Positions 7,700 to 17,410 of a DNA stretch of 63,602 nucleotides are shown one piece after another. Position 1 is the first letter of the stretch. Every line of letters starts with the position of its first letter. The notes beneath the pieces were generated by a model. It saw only the letters and a program-made list of their open reading frames with translations, was not told the DNA's origin and made no database searches. Both the position numbers and the translations under genes were made by a program. Where the stretch lies: assembly GCA_964617815.1 (NCBI GenBank), contig CAZTXY010000004.1, positions 1-63,602 of the forward strand. The letters are read 5' to 3'. Source of the DNA: an uncultured Candidatus Saccharibacteria bacterium. GTDB lineage: Bacteria > Patescibacteriota > Doudnabacteria > UBA920.

Positions 7700-8326
7700 A
7701 TGATGGATTTAAAAAGTACTTATAATAAAATAGCTCAGGATTGGTTTACCGATCATGATAGTAGTACTCAAGCAACCCCGAGCATAGACAAATTCGCATC
7801 TTGTTTGAAAGAAGGAAGTACTGTTTTAGACGTTGGCTGTGGTCCTGGATTAAAAGCAAAGTATTTAAATAGTTTAGGATTTAAAATTACGGGAATAGAT
7901 TTTTCTGAGGAGATGATTGCTATTGCTAAGAAAAATTCGCCGTCTTCTGACTTTGAAGTTAAAGATATTACAAAGCCACTGGGGTTTACTGAAAAATTTG
8001 ATGGTGTTTTCGCTCATGCTGTTTTGCTTCATATTCCAAAGAAGCAGATCAAAGCTGTTTTGCAAAATTTAGCAGAAGTTCTGAATTCAGGTGGATATTT
8101 ATATGTCTCGGTAAAAGAATTGCAGGCGGGAAAGCCCGAGGAAGAAATCGTCACAGAATCTGATTATGGCTATGAGTACGAACGGTTTTTTAGCTATTTC
8201 ACTTTGCCGGAAATAAAAGAATATTTGGAAGACTCAAATTTTACTGTACTTTTTGAAACTCTCAACAATAGCAGAAATGCAAGCTGGGTTAAAGTAATCG
8301 CCCAAAAAAATAAAATCGCCGAATAG
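7700..8326 (+). CDS. Class I SAM-dependent methyltransferase
   Basis: VLDVGCGPG motif I, followed by a terminator overlapping the stop codon (8314-8337). Confidence 0.8.
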   Translation: MMDLKSTYNKIAQDWFTDHDSSTQATPSIDKFASCLKEGSTVLDVGCGPGLKAKYLNSLGFKITGIDFSEEMIAIAKKNSPSSDFEVKDITKPLGFTEKFDGVFAHAVLLHIPKKQIKAVLQNLAEVLNSGGYLYVSVKELQAGKPEEEIVTESDYGYEYERFFSYFTLPEIKEYLEDSNFTVLFETLNNSRNASWVKVIAQKNKIAE

Positions 8327-8350
8327 GCGATTTTTTGATATGCTGTATTT

Positions 8351-8917
8351 ATGACTGAAAAAAATCTTAATCCTGAATTGAAAAAAAGGCAAATAATGCT
8401 TTCTGAGGCTGTGACTGAAGATGCTCCTAAAATTGCAGAATTGCGTAAAATTACTTGGCTTGATACTTATGTTGGTGGAAGAAATAATATAACCAAAGAA
8501 GATATTCAAGCTAAGGATTTTGACAGTCCTGAAAAAATCGAAAAGATCGAGCATTTTATTAATGACGTATCTGGGAAAACTAAAACATGGGTAGCTAAAG
8601 AGGGTGATAAGGTAGTTGGCTATTGCGCATCGTCTAAAGATGGACAGTATGAAATTCGCGCTATATATGTTCTTCCAGACTATCAGGGTCTGGGAGCGGG
8701 CAAAAATTTAATGCAGGAAGCGATGCAATGGCTTGGTGGTGACAAAGATATTCACCTGTATGTTGCAGATTATAATTTAGATACGATTGAGTTTTATAAA
8801 AGTTTAGGATTTGTTGTGACCGATGGTAAGGTTCCAGAAGGATACGCGGTTAATGGAAAAGATATACCGTTAGTTAAAATGACTAAATTTAATAACAGCG
8901 ATAAATCAAATCAATAA
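8351..8917 (+). CDS. GNAT-family N-acetyltransferase
   Basis: IYVLPDYQGLGAGKNLM matches the acetyl-CoA motif (Q/RxxGxG/A). Confidence 0.8.
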   Translation: MTEKNLNPELKKRQIMLSEAVTEDAPKIAELRKITWLDTYVGGRNNITKEDIQAKDFDSPEKIEKIEHFINDVSGKTKTWVAKEGDKVVGYCASSKDGQYEIRAIYVLPDYQGLGAGKNLMQEAMQWLGGDKDIHLYVADYNLDTIEFYKSLGFVVTDGKVPEGYAVNGKDIPLVKMTKFNNSDKSNQ

Positions 8918-8919
8918 TT

Positions 8920-9336
8920 ATGGATTGTCCGTTTTGTAGATATTATAAAGAAAGAAGCACTGTGATTCGCGAAAGCGAGAATACTTTTACTGTGCTTAGT
9001 AGCCCGAGGCTTATGGAAGGGCATTTGTTAGTAATTCCCAAAAAACATATTGAAAAATTTAGTGAATTAGAGATTGAGATAAGACATGAGTTGTTAGAAG
9101 AAGCAATTAAACTTGAGGAAATAGTTTTAAAAGAGCTGGCTGGTGGTTGTGATATTACCCAACATTACCGCCCGTTTGTCCCGCCGAGCAAATATAAAGT
9201 TAATCATTTACATATTCATGTAAGGCCAAGAACCCTAAGTGATGAGCTTTACGAAAAAGTTCAGAAATATGAAAGTGATGTGTTTACAGAGGTAAACCAA
9301 GAAGAATTTGAAAAGTATAAAAAAATATTTAGCTAG
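8920..9336 (+). CDS. HIT-family hydrolase
   Basis: Histidine triad HLHIHV, with a CxxC near the N-terminus. Confidence 0.8.
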   Translation: MDCPFCRYYKERSTVIRESENTFTVLSSPRLMEGHLLVIPKKHIEKFSELEIEIRHELLEEAIKLEEIVLKELAGGCDITQHYRPFVPPSKYKVNHLHIHVRPRTLSDELYEKVQKYESDVFTEVNQEEFEKYKKIFS

Positions 9337-9414
9337 AATTTTAAGAATTTATATCTAAACAAAAGCTCCCACCGTGCGGGTACAGGGGGAGCTGAGGGGC
9401 GCTAGAAGCGCGGG

Positions 9415-9642
9415 TCATTTTTCGGTGTTGAGGCTTTCATTCTTGTAGAGCTTGTAAGCCACAAACATGACGGCGACGACGCCGAGTGTCATCAACCCGG
9501 GAACGTGTGCTCTGTCGATTGGGTCAATGATGAGCGACACATCATGGATGAGTGCGACCACTAACGATATGAGTAGCACGATTGCTATCCGAACGTTGGT
9601 GCGCTTGTCTGCTCGCGACTCTCTGGTGTTCACTTCTTGCAT
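9415..9642 (-). CDS. Small two-TM membrane ORFan in a GC-enriched islet
   Basis: 75-aa ORF with two hydrophobic helices. A GC-rich hairpin (agctccc...gggagct, 9364-9392) lies downstream. Confidence 0.4.
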   Translation of the reverse strand: MQEVNTRESRADKRTNVRIAIVLLISLVVALIHDVSLIIDPIDRAHVPGLMTLGVVAVMFVAYKLYKNESLNTEK

Positions 9643-9776
9643 CTGTCCTCCTGAACTAAGCCAAAAAATTATACTCTTTATATGGGTTTTGTCAATGTTT
9701 CGGCTAAATGAATCGCAGGCGAGGCCAATATTTGCTATTATTAGGACACCTTTATTATTAGTGTTCTATTTTTTAT

Positions 9777-10418
9777 ATGTCACAATCAACGCACGACGAT
9801 CACACGCAAACCACGCTTCGCATAGAGTTATTTAGCGATGCAGTTATTGCTATTATTGTTACCCTTCTTATTTTAGAAATTAAGATTCCAGAACTGCATG
9901 AGTTGAGTAATGCCGCTGTAAGGGAGTCTTTGGTTCACCTTATTCCAAAGTTTATTGGTTTTGTTGTTAGCTTTGTAACCATTTGTATTGTTTGGGTAAA
10001 TCACCACCATTTTTTTCATTCTGTGAGTCGCTCAGACCGAAGCTTGCTTTGGTATAACAATCATCTCTTGTTTTGGCTAGCCGTTATCCCATTTGTCACA
10101 GGTTTTATTGGTGAGTATCCAACCCAGCCACTGGTTATTGCTTTGTACGGTTTTGTTTTAATGATGGCCATATTTGCCTTTAGGTTAATGGTCAGGCATG
10201 CCTTTTTTAAGGGCAGACTTATTCATAGTCATGTCGACGAAGCAGCTCGAAAAAACGAATACCGTCGTTCACTATTCGGGATAATTTTATATGGGATTTC
10301 TGTGGCGGCGGCCTTTATCCACCCCTATATTTCCCTTGCTATTTTTATTTTAGTTCCCGTCTATTATTTTTTGCCCCGCTCGGTGCTTGGGGATATGGCA
10401 ATGAATCAGGATAATTAA
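9777..10418 (+). CDS. TMEM175/DUF1211-family putative K+ channel
   Basis: RIELFSDAVIAIIVTLLILE signature helix 1, about 6 TM segments. Confidence 0.7.
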   Translation: MSQSTHDDHTQTTLRIELFSDAVIAIIVTLLILEIKIPELHELSNAAVRESLVHLIPKFIGFVVSFVTICIVWVNHHHFFHSVSRSDRSLLWYNNHLLFWLAVIPFVTGFIGEYPTQPLVIALYGFVLMMAIFAFRLMVRHAFFKGRLIHSHVDEAARKNEYRRSLFGIILYGISVAAAFIHPYISLAIFILVPVYYFLPRSVLGDMAMNQDN

Positions 10419-10445
10419 AAAAGCTCCTATATTATCAACTTGATT

Positions 10446-10525
10446 TGTCATTCCTGACCTGATCGGGAATCCAGAATGATGGATCCCGGGTATCCCTCGA
10501 TGACTCGTGGATCCCGGGATGACAC
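10446..10525. repeat. CTGTCAT-family element, ~80-nt 'gatcgggaatccag' subtype
   Basis: Near-copy of 40376-40455 (roughly 85% identical by eye). It generates the false N-terminus of track ORF 10476. Confidence 0.9.
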
Positions 10526-10556
10526 AAGAGTAGAGGTATTGAGAAACTTTCATATT

Positions 10557-11753
10557 ATGACTAAAAAAAATACCATCGCCATCCTTGTCAGTATTACTGT
10601 ATCCATAGCAGTTGGCTGGTTTGTTGTTGACCGGTTTGCTTTGTTTAAATCTGGGCTCAAGCCAGGACAGATTGTTAATCAAATTGAAAAATCATTAGAA
10701 ACAGAAGGTCAGCAAAAACAAAGCGTGCCTTACAAAGTAGAAGAATTTGTCAGTGGCCTGCAAATTCCATGGAGCATTGTGTTTACTTCCGAGAATCGGA
10801 TGCTAGTGACAGAAAGACCTGGGCGAGTTCGAATTGTAGAAAATGGTAAGTTGCAAAGTAATCCCTTGCGGACTTTTCCAGAAGTTTCCACAACTGGTGA
10901 AGAAGGGTTGATGTCTCTGGCTTTAGATCCGGACTATTCAAACAATAAGCATATTTATGTATCCTTGGCTTATGGGAGAGGTGATGACTTAAAAGTTAAA
11001 GTTGTTCGTTTTCGTGACAATGGCAATGAGTTAGTAGATGACACAATTGTTATTGATAACATTCCCGCCGCTCAGTACCATGCTGGTTGTCGAATTGGTT
11101 TTGGACCAGATGGAAAATTATATATTACAACTGGAGATGCCACCGACAAAGCCATCGCCCAAAAACTTGATTCTTTAGGTGGAAAAATTTTGCGCGTAAA
11201 TAATGACGGTTCCATTCCAAAAGATAATCCTTTTGCTGGAAGCGCAGTCTGGAGTTATGGTCACAGAAATCCGCAGGGGATTGCGTGGCATCCGGTAACA
11301 GGCGACTTGTACGAAACAGAACATGGACCTTCAGTGTTTGACGGTCCTGCAGGAGGGGATGAAGTTAATCATATTAGCAAAGGTGGAAACTTTGGCTGGC
11401 CACTTGTATCGCACGAAAAAAAACGCGATGGAACAATTGCGCCACTTTTGGTATTCACACCTGCCGAAGCACCAGGCTCTGCTATGTTTTACAACAGCGA
11501 TGTTCTACCGCAATTTAAAAATAATTTTTTCTTTGGAAGCCTTAAAGGAGAAGGTTTAATGCGGGTGGTGTTTGACTCTTCAGATAGCAACAAGGTTGCT
11601 AGCTTTGAGAAATTGCTAGAGGTAAAGTTTGGCCGCATCCGTGAAGTCGCCCAAGGGCCAGATGGCTACATTTATTTCTCTACGTCTAACCGTGATGGCC
11701 GCGGAAAACCAGCTAACAGTGACGATCGTATTTTTCGCATCTTACCCCAATAA
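10557..11753 (+). CDS. PQQ-dependent sugar (glucose/sorbosone) dehydrogenase, YliI-like
   Basis: GLMSLALDPDY, YHAGCRIGFGPDGKLY and GHRNPQGIAWHP motifs, with an N-terminal TM anchor. Confidence 0.8.
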   Translation: MTKKNTIAILVSITVSIAVGWFVVDRFALFKSGLKPGQIVNQIEKSLETEGQQKQSVPYKVEEFVSGLQIPWSIVFTSENRMLVTERPGRVRIVENGKLQSNPLRTFPEVSTTGEEGLMSLALDPDYSNNKHIYVSLAYGRGDDLKVKVVRFRDNGNELVDDTIVIDNIPAAQYHAGCRIGFGPDGKLYITTGDATDKAIAQKLDSLGGKILRVNNDGSIPKDNPFAGSAVWSYGHRNPQGIAWHPVTGDLYETEHGPSVFDGPAGGDEVNHISKGGNFGWPLVSHEKKRDGTIAPLLVFTPAEAPGSAMFYNSDVLPQFKNNFFFGSLKGEGLMRVVFDSSDSNKVASFEKLLEVKFGRIREVAQGPDGYIYFSTSNRDGRGKPANSDDRIFRILPQ

Positions 11754-11815
11754 ATATGGTTTAAATCTATTCGCAGTTTGCGTGTTATAATTGAAAAGTC
11801 CTTAAACCCTAAGAA

Positions 11816-12682
11816 ATGTCAGAATATTACAACTCAAAAAGAGCAGAATCGTGGAATTACGGTGGAGTTAATTGGAAATTGAGCCGTTCCAAGATTGATT
11901 TATTCAAAGAGTGTCCGAGGTGTTTTTATATTGACAATAAGCTCGGTTTAAAGCGGGTCCCTGGATTCCCTTTTTCTATTAACAGTGCGGTGGACTATCT
12001 TTTAAAACAAGAGTTCGATTCGTATAGAGTTCAGAATAAACAGCATCCTTTACAAATAGAGTATGGAATAGACGCCAGACCAATGTCGCACTTGGAGCTT
12101 GATGAATGGCGAAGAAATTTTGGTGGTGTAAAATATTTACACGAGGCTACCGGACTTCTTGTTACTGGAGCAATTGATGATTTGTGGATTAATGGCAAAG
12201 ACGAATATATTGTTGTCGATTACAAGGCCACGGCAAAAGATGAAGCAGTAAAAGAGCTGGATAAAGAGTGGCAAAATGGCTATAAAAGGCAAATGGAAGT
12301 TTACCAATGGCTTCTGCGTCAAAATGGTTTGAAGGTTTCGGATATTGGATATTTTGTTTACTGCACTGGTAAAATGGACAGGCAAGCTTTTGATAAGCGG
12401 ATAGATTTTGACGTAAATTTAATTGAACATAAAGGTAGTGATTCTTGGGTTGAAAAAACTTTATTTGAAATTAAAAAATGCCTTGATAGTAATAGTATTC
12501 CAGAAACAGGAAAACATTGTGATTGGTGTGAGTATTGGAATGCGCGCAGTAAATTTGAAAATTCCAAAAGCCAGACAGCATTAATAAGCAAACAAGTTCC
12601 TGATAATAACTTAGAGAAGCAAAAGCCGGTGACAAGTAAAAAGAAAAAAGTTTCAAGTTCTGGACCTAGCTTGTTTGATTAG
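11816..12682 (+). CDS. PD-(D/E)XK (Cas4/RecB-like) nuclease with Lys-rich tail
   Basis: IDD...VVDYK and QMEVYQW motifs. N-terminal CPRC and C-terminal CDWC cysteine pairs. KKKK tail. Confidence 0.55.
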   Translation: MSEYYNSKRAESWNYGGVNWKLSRSKIDLFKECPRCFYIDNKLGLKRVPGFPFSINSAVDYLLKQEFDSYRVQNKQHPLQIEYGIDARPMSHLELDEWRRNFGGVKYLHEATGLLVTGAIDDLWINGKDEYIVVDYKATAKDEAVKELDKEWQNGYKRQMEVYQWLLRQNGLKVSDIGYFVYCTGKMDRQAFDKRIDFDVNLIEHKGSDSWVEKTLFEIKKCLDSNSIPETGKHCDWCEYWNARSKFENSKSQTALISKQVPDNNLEKQKPVTSKKKKVSSSGPSLFD

Positions 12683-12718
12683 CGTCATAAAAGTACTTTG
12701 TTTGCCATCTAAGCTACA

Positions 12719-12819
12719 CTGTCATTCCGAGCCTGCCTGTCGGCAGACAGGCTTGCCAAGGAATCTTTTCTTACATAGTTGAGATCCTTCGTCCGCCGGT
12801 TGGCGGATCAGGATGACAG
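12719..12819. repeat. CTGTCAT-family element, complete (two arms)
   Basis: ctgtcattccgagcctgcctgtcggcagacaggc... ...gagatccttcgtccgccggttggcggatcaggatgacag. Confidence 0.9.
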
Positions 12820-12841
12820 AGGGAAGAGAATTTTTCTATCC

Positions 12842-13537
12842 ATGCAAACTTATTTAACTGAAGTTACAGCAATAAAATATCTGACGGCCAATATTGTAGA
12901 GCTTCATGTGCGCTTAGTGCCACCTGAGCCTATGGCTTTTACGGCGGGTCAGTTTATGCAGTTTGATTGCAATGGCACGTGGCGTTCGTATTCTATAACC
13001 TCTGTACCTACAGGAACTGATGTGACGTTAACTTTTTGTGTAAAGCTTATTCCAGAAGGGGTTGGCTCAACTTTTGTACGGGGCTTAGAAGTAGGGGGTA
13101 GCGTTACAATGCGTGGTCCCTTAGGAGTTTTTGCTGTTAAAGAAATCGACTTTAATCGTAATTTATGTTTTGTGGCTACTGGGGTTGGTATCGCACCATT
13201 TTACAGCATGATCCCAGACTTGCTTACTCGTGGCTATGTTCATGCGGTTACGTTAGTGTTTGGTGTGCGCAGTGAAGAAGATGTTTTTTACTTTGATAAA
13301 TTTAGTAGTTTAGAAAAACTTCATCCAAACTTCGGTTTTATTCCAATGCTAAGTCAGCCCAAAAGTCATTGGCCAGGGGAGACTGGACGGGTTACTACTT
13401 ATGTTGACAGTGCCTTTGAGCGCTTTTCTGACAGGCTATTTTATTTGTGCGGTAGCCAAGAAATGGTCACAAATATGAGAGCTTTGCTTTTGAAAAAAGG
13501 TCATCATGCGCACGATATTCACCTTGAAATTTTTTAA
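12842..13537 (+). CDS. Ferredoxin-NADP reductase-like FAD/NAD(P)-binding oxidoreductase
   Basis: RSYSITS (RxYS) FAD motif and ATGVGIAPF NAD motif. The track start at 12779 lies in the repeat. Confidence 0.75.
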   Translation: MQTYLTEVTAIKYLTANIVELHVRLVPPEPMAFTAGQFMQFDCNGTWRSYSITSVPTGTDVTLTFCVKLIPEGVGSTFVRGLEVGGSVTMRGPLGVFAVKEIDFNRNLCFVATGVGIAPFYSMIPDLLTRGYVHAVTLVFGVRSEEDVFYFDKFSSLEKLHPNFGFIPMLSQPKSHWPGETGRVTTYVDSAFERFSDRLFYLCGSQEMVTNMRALLLKKGHHAHDIHLEIF

Positions 13538-13609
13538 GAGAAGATTTGCAAATTTGGCGAATATTCAGTATACTAAATACATAAATTTAAAGAATTAACT
13601 AATTTATAT

Positions 13610-14761
13610 ATGAAAAAAATATCTATATTTATGGCTGTGTGCAGCCTGTTTGTAGGTCTTACTGCGACCACATACGCCGCAGAATTTATTGCTCCAAGTG
13701 ATGACGATAATAGTAAGGTTAAAACATCGAGTACTGAAGTTCATCGTAATTTATATACTGCTGGTGGTTCTGTAACTATTTCTGGGGAAACTAAAGGTGA
13801 CTTGTACGCTGCCGGAGGAACATTAACTATTGAAGGTCCTGTTGAGCAGGATGTGGTAGTTGCTGGTGGCACAGTTAATATTCTTGGTAATGTTGGTGGC
13901 GATGTCCGAGTTTTTGCAGGAACAGTTATTATTTCAGGAACAGTTGGTGGTGACCTTCTTGGTTTTGGTGGCACAATTACTACCTCAGAAAAATCGACTA
14001 TCGCAGGTGACGTTGTAGTGGGTAGTGGTGATATAACTATAGACGGCCCAGTTGGTGGAATGCTCATGGCTTCTGGTGGGACTGTGACTATAAATAACAA
14101 AGTAGCAGGCACAGTAAAGATTCAATGCAGTGAACAGTTAACTTTTGGCTCTAAAGCAGAAGTTGCTGGAGCAATTACATATTATGGTAAAAAGGAAGCA
14201 ATAGTTAAAGATGGTGCAAAAGTTTCAAGCATTGACTACAAGCCTTACAAAGACGGACGCAAAGATGGCGCGGCACGAAAAGGCATGGCCGGATTGATTG
14301 GTTTTGGTTTTGCCATTAAGTTATTGGCATGGATAATTTCTGGCATGCTCTTAATTGGACTATTTAAGACAAAAACTCAGTCAGTGGTAGACCTTATAAA
14401 TAAGGAACCGGGAAAAAACCTTGGAATTGGTTTTCTAGTTTTGATTGTCGGTCCTATTGGAGGACTACTCGTCTTAATAACTTTAGTAGGTTACTACGTG
14501 GCACTACTAAGCTTCTTAGCTTATTTATTATTCTTTGGTTTATCAGCTTTGTTGGCTAGTATCTTTATTGGTGCATGGTTAGTTAAAGTTCTAACAAAAC
14601 GACCTTCATTGTCTGCTGATTGGCAAGCAGTGCTGGTTGGTGTAGCAATAATGGCCATTCTAGCGTTGATTCCTGTGTTTGGCTGGCTTATCGTTGCTGT
14701 CCTTAGCATAATTGCTTTAGGGGCTTTAGTTAGAGTTTTGCGCTCGGCCTTGATGAATTAA
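13610..14761 (+). CDS. Membrane protein with bactofilin-like beta-helix repeats
   Basis: Signal peptide, about 8 copies of GG(T/S)VxIxGxVxGD(V/L) units, then a multi-TM C-terminal half. Confidence 0.45.
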   Translation: MKKISIFMAVCSLFVGLTATTYAAEFIAPSDDDNSKVKTSSTEVHRNLYTAGGSVTISGETKGDLYAAGGTLTIEGPVEQDVVVAGGTVNILGNVGGDVRVFAGTVIISGTVGGDLLGFGGTITTSEKSTIAGDVVVGSGDITIDGPVGGMLMASGGTVTINNKVAGTVKIQCSEQLTFGSKAEVAGAITYYGKKEAIVKDGAKVSSIDYKPYKDGRKDGAARKGMAGLIGFGFAIKLLAWIISGMLLIGLFKTKTQSVVDLINKEPGKNLGIGFLVLIVGPIGGLLVLITLVGYYVALLSFLAYLLFFGLSALLASIFIGAWLVKVLTKRPSLSADWQAVLVGVAIMAILALIPVFGWLIVAVLSIIALGALVRVLRSALMN

Positions 14762-14794
14762 AATTCAGATTACTAATATTACGGAGAATATACA

Positions 14795-15073
14795 ATGGGA
14801 TTTTTAGACAAGATTAAGGATGTTAATGAAATGCGCAAGCAGGCCAAGCAGATTGAGGGCGTGCTTGGAAATGAGACAGTTACTGGTAAATCTAGTGGAG
14901 AAAAAATTAAAATTGTTATAGACGGTAACCAAGTTGTTAAAAGTGTGGAGGTAGATGCCTCCATTGCTGGAGACAAAAGTGAAGTTGCGCGCCATGTTCG
15001 GGCAGCACTTGAAGATTTATTTAAACAACATAAAAAAATGCTTCAATCTAAGTTTGGAAGCATGATGCAGTAA
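14795..15073 (+). CDS. YbaB/EbfC-family nucleoid-associated protein
   Basis: 92 aa. The MRKQAKQIE...VTG.SGGE.IKIVIDG...V.S pattern fits the family. Confidence 0.65.
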   Translation: MGFLDKIKDVNEMRKQAKQIEGVLGNETVTGKSSGEKIKIVIDGNQVVKSVEVDASIAGDKSEVARHVRAALEDLFKQHKKMLQSKFGSMMQ

Positions 15074-15108
15074 TTACTAGTAACTAGCTACTAGTCACTA
15101 GTTTCTTG
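15071..15108. repeat. Heptad array starting at the ybaB-like stop codon
   Basis: TAA at 15071, TAG at 15078, 15085, 15092 and 15099, degenerate TTG at 15106. The next ATG is at 15113. Confidence 0.85.
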
Positions 15109-15112
15109 AAAT

Positions 15113-16039
15113 ATGAAGATAATTAAGATATTTATAATTTTAGCAGTAGTAACCGCCGGCTTAATGCCGGCGGTGTCTTCTGCTTTAACCATGGACGAGC
15201 TTTTAGGTGTGGGCCTTGGGCAAGTTTTGGGGGTATCTGATGTTCAAACTAGCTCTTATGCAACCGTAGTGATGAATCAAGTCACCGGAGAAGTAGTTAT
15301 TTCTAAAAATGCTACAAGCCCTTGGGTTCCAGCAAGTCTGACAAAATTAGTGACAGCACAGGTTATTTTGGATTTGAATCCAAATTTTAAAGAGCGTTGT
15401 ATTGTGAAAAATACAGATAATGTTGGTGGTGCCAGATTATACGTCAATAATGGGGGAGTGTACTACCTTCAGGATTTATTTGCTGCCATGCTGATAGGCT
15501 CTGCTAATAATGCTGCTAATGCTTTGGCTAATTGCACGGGGATGACACGTGAGCAGTTTGCTCAAAAAATGAACGATAAAGCAAAAGCCCTTGGTGCGAC
15601 CAATTCTTTGTTTTTTGAGCCAAGCGGAATTAATGAGCATAACCAAAGCAGTGCGTTAGATATTGCAAAAATTTCTCAGGCCGCTTTTAGTACATCCAGG
15701 ATTCGAGAAGTTGCTCAAAGGAAATCAGTATATTTTTGTAGTGTCGGAGGAGTCAAAAAATGTCACACTATCAAAAACACTAATAAACTTTTTGGAGACC
15801 CTGGCGTAGATATTATCGCTGGCAAAACTGGCTATTTAGATGAGTCGAGATATAACTTCGCTGCTTCTTCAAAGAATAGCCAAGGTAATTATTTAATTAC
15901 CGTTTTGCTTGGGAATCCAACTCAACAGGAAGCCTTTGATAACACCCGTACGGCCAGTATATTAGGTTTTGAAAGACTAAATAAAACTTTAGCTTCCGCA
16001 AGCTTCATTAATTTTTTAGAACTAAGCCCTAAGAACTAA
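15113..16039 (+). CDS. D-alanyl-D-alanine carboxypeptidase (S11, PBP5-like)
   Basis: ASLTK (SxxK), SANN (SxN) and KTGY (KTG) motifs, with a signal peptide. Confidence 0.8.
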   Translation: MKIIKIFIILAVVTAGLMPAVSSALTMDELLGVGLGQVLGVSDVQTSSYATVVMNQVTGEVVISKNATSPWVPASLTKLVTAQVILDLNPNFKERCIVKNTDNVGGARLYVNNGGVYYLQDLFAAMLIGSANNAANALANCTGMTREQFAQKMNDKAKALGATNSLFFEPSGINEHNQSSALDIAKISQAAFSTSRIREVAQRKSVYFCSVGGVKKCHTIKNTNKLFGDPGVDIIAGKTGYLDESRYNFAASSKNSQGNYLITVLLGNPTQQEAFDNTRTASILGFERLNKTLASASFINFLELSPKN

Positions 16040-16043
16040 TTTT

Positions 16044-16466
16044 ATGACTTGGGTATTTTACGCAATTCTATCAGCCTTTTTCGCTTCTTTGGTGGCAATT
16101 TTTGGTAAGATTGGGATTAAGGGTGTAGACAGCAACTTAGCAGTCGCTATTCGCACAGTAGTTATTGTTGGCTTTGCTTGGCTAATTGTTTTGTTTCAAG
16201 GTAATGCTGGCGACATTTTTAAAATTTCTAAATACTCTTATACTTTTATTATTCTTTCAGCAATTGCGACAGGCTTGTCTTGGTTATTTTACTATAAAGC
16301 ACTTCAGTTAGGAGAGGCGAGTCGCGTGGCTCCGATAGACAAATTAAGTGTGGCTTTAACAGTTATTTTGGCTTTTATATTCCTTGGCGAGAAAGCCACT
16401 GTTGGAAATGTTACAGGTGGTATTTTAGTTACTGCTGGCGTGTTGGCTACCGTATTTTTAAAATAA
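16044..16466 (+). CDS. EamA/DMT-superfamily small transporter (single EamA domain)
   Basis: 140 aa, 4-5 TM segments, YYKALQLGEASRVAPIDKLS motif. Confidence 0.65.
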   Translation: MTWVFYAILSAFFASLVAIFGKIGIKGVDSNLAVAIRTVVIVGFAWLIVLFQGNAGDIFKISKYSYTFIILSAIATGLSWLFYYKALQLGEASRVAPIDKLSVALTVILAFIFLGEKATVGNVTGGILVTAGVLATVFLK

Positions 16467-16469
16467 TTT

Positions 16470-17042
16470 ATGCAGGAATTTTTAACTCAATCTTATTCAT
16501 ATATTGTTATCGCGCATGTTTTAGCTGTGGCCATTGGTCTTGGGGGAGCGACGATTACAGATGTTTTGTTTTTTAAATTTCTCCGGGATCTAAAAATTTC
16601 TGAGTTTGAGTCGAAGGTTATGAATTCTTTGTCGCAGGTTATTTGGATATCAATTGGTGGGATTGTTTTAACAGGATTATTACTGCTCCTAGGTAATCCG
16701 GAATACTATTTGGCTTCTAGTAAATTTTTGGCTAAGATGAGCATTGTCGGAGTTTTGATTGTCAATGGGGTTGTATTAAATGTTTTTATCGCTCCAAAAA
16801 TGACAAAAATATTTTCAGGTAAGGGACAGGGGAGTGCTGAAATAAAATCTTTTCGTAAATGGGCTTTTGCTTGCGGGGCGGTGTCTATGGTTTCTTGGTA
16901 CAGCGCCTTTTTACTTGGTTCATTACAAGGTTTAAATTTAACTTATGATATTTTAATTTTGATTTATGGATTGTTGCTTTGCGCAGCTTTGGTTGGAAGT
17001 CAGTTAGCAGAAAAAGTATTTGTGAGGCAATTGAACAGATAG
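16470..17042 (+). CDS. Hypothetical multi-TM membrane protein
   Basis: 190-aa ORF with background composition and 5 hydrophobic segments. Confidence 0.4.
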   Translation: MQEFLTQSYSYIVIAHVLAVAIGLGGATITDVLFFKFLRDLKISEFESKVMNSLSQVIWISIGGIVLTGLLLLLGNPEYYLASSKFLAKMSIVGVLIVNGVVLNVFIAPKMTKIFSGKGQGSAEIKSFRKWAFACGAVSMVSWYSAFLLGSLQGLNLTYDILILIYGLLLCAALVGSQLAEKVFVRQLNR

Positions 17043-17070
17043 TTTTAAATTTAAGCTATAAAATGACATT

Positions 17071-17100
17071 GACCCGATTCTCGCAAGCGAGAATCGGGTC
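17071..17100. terminator. 12-bp hairpin at the left edge of GC islet A
   Basis: gacccgattctc-gcaagc-gagaatcgggtc. It sits between convergent genes. Confidence 0.55.
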
Positions 17101-17125
17101 AAGTTTATGAGGACATTTTTCACCC

Positions 17126-17332
17126 TTACTGAACAGGTGCGAACCTTCCGGGATTCAGGATCTCCCAAAGTCCGGCGCGAGTCAGCTCGAGAGGCTGACC
17201 TTGTCCAATCTGGACAAGGCGGGTGGGGCGTTCGTGGGCACGCTTCCAGTTCACTGATTCGAGAAACTCTCCAAAGTTCGCCCTCGTGACTTCAGTGAGA
17301 TCGACAGTTATGATGTCCCTTTCGGAATTCAT
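17126..17332 (-). CDS. GC-rich ORFan, 68 aa
   Basis: AAGGAGG lies 4 nt upstream of the ATG at 17332. A candidate TTGCAA-N17-TAAACT promoter lies upstream. It is the internal start of track ORF 17126..17635. Confidence 0.5.
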   Translation of the reverse strand: MNSERDIITVDLTEVTRANFGEFLESVNWKRAHERPTRLVQIGQGQPLELTRAGLWEILNPGRFAPVQ

Positions 17333-17410
17333 AGGTCCTCCTTCTTGACTATCGACAGGATTTTGCTCAAGTTTAACTGAAAGCCTGACTTTTTGCAAGC
17401 AAAGAGAAAA

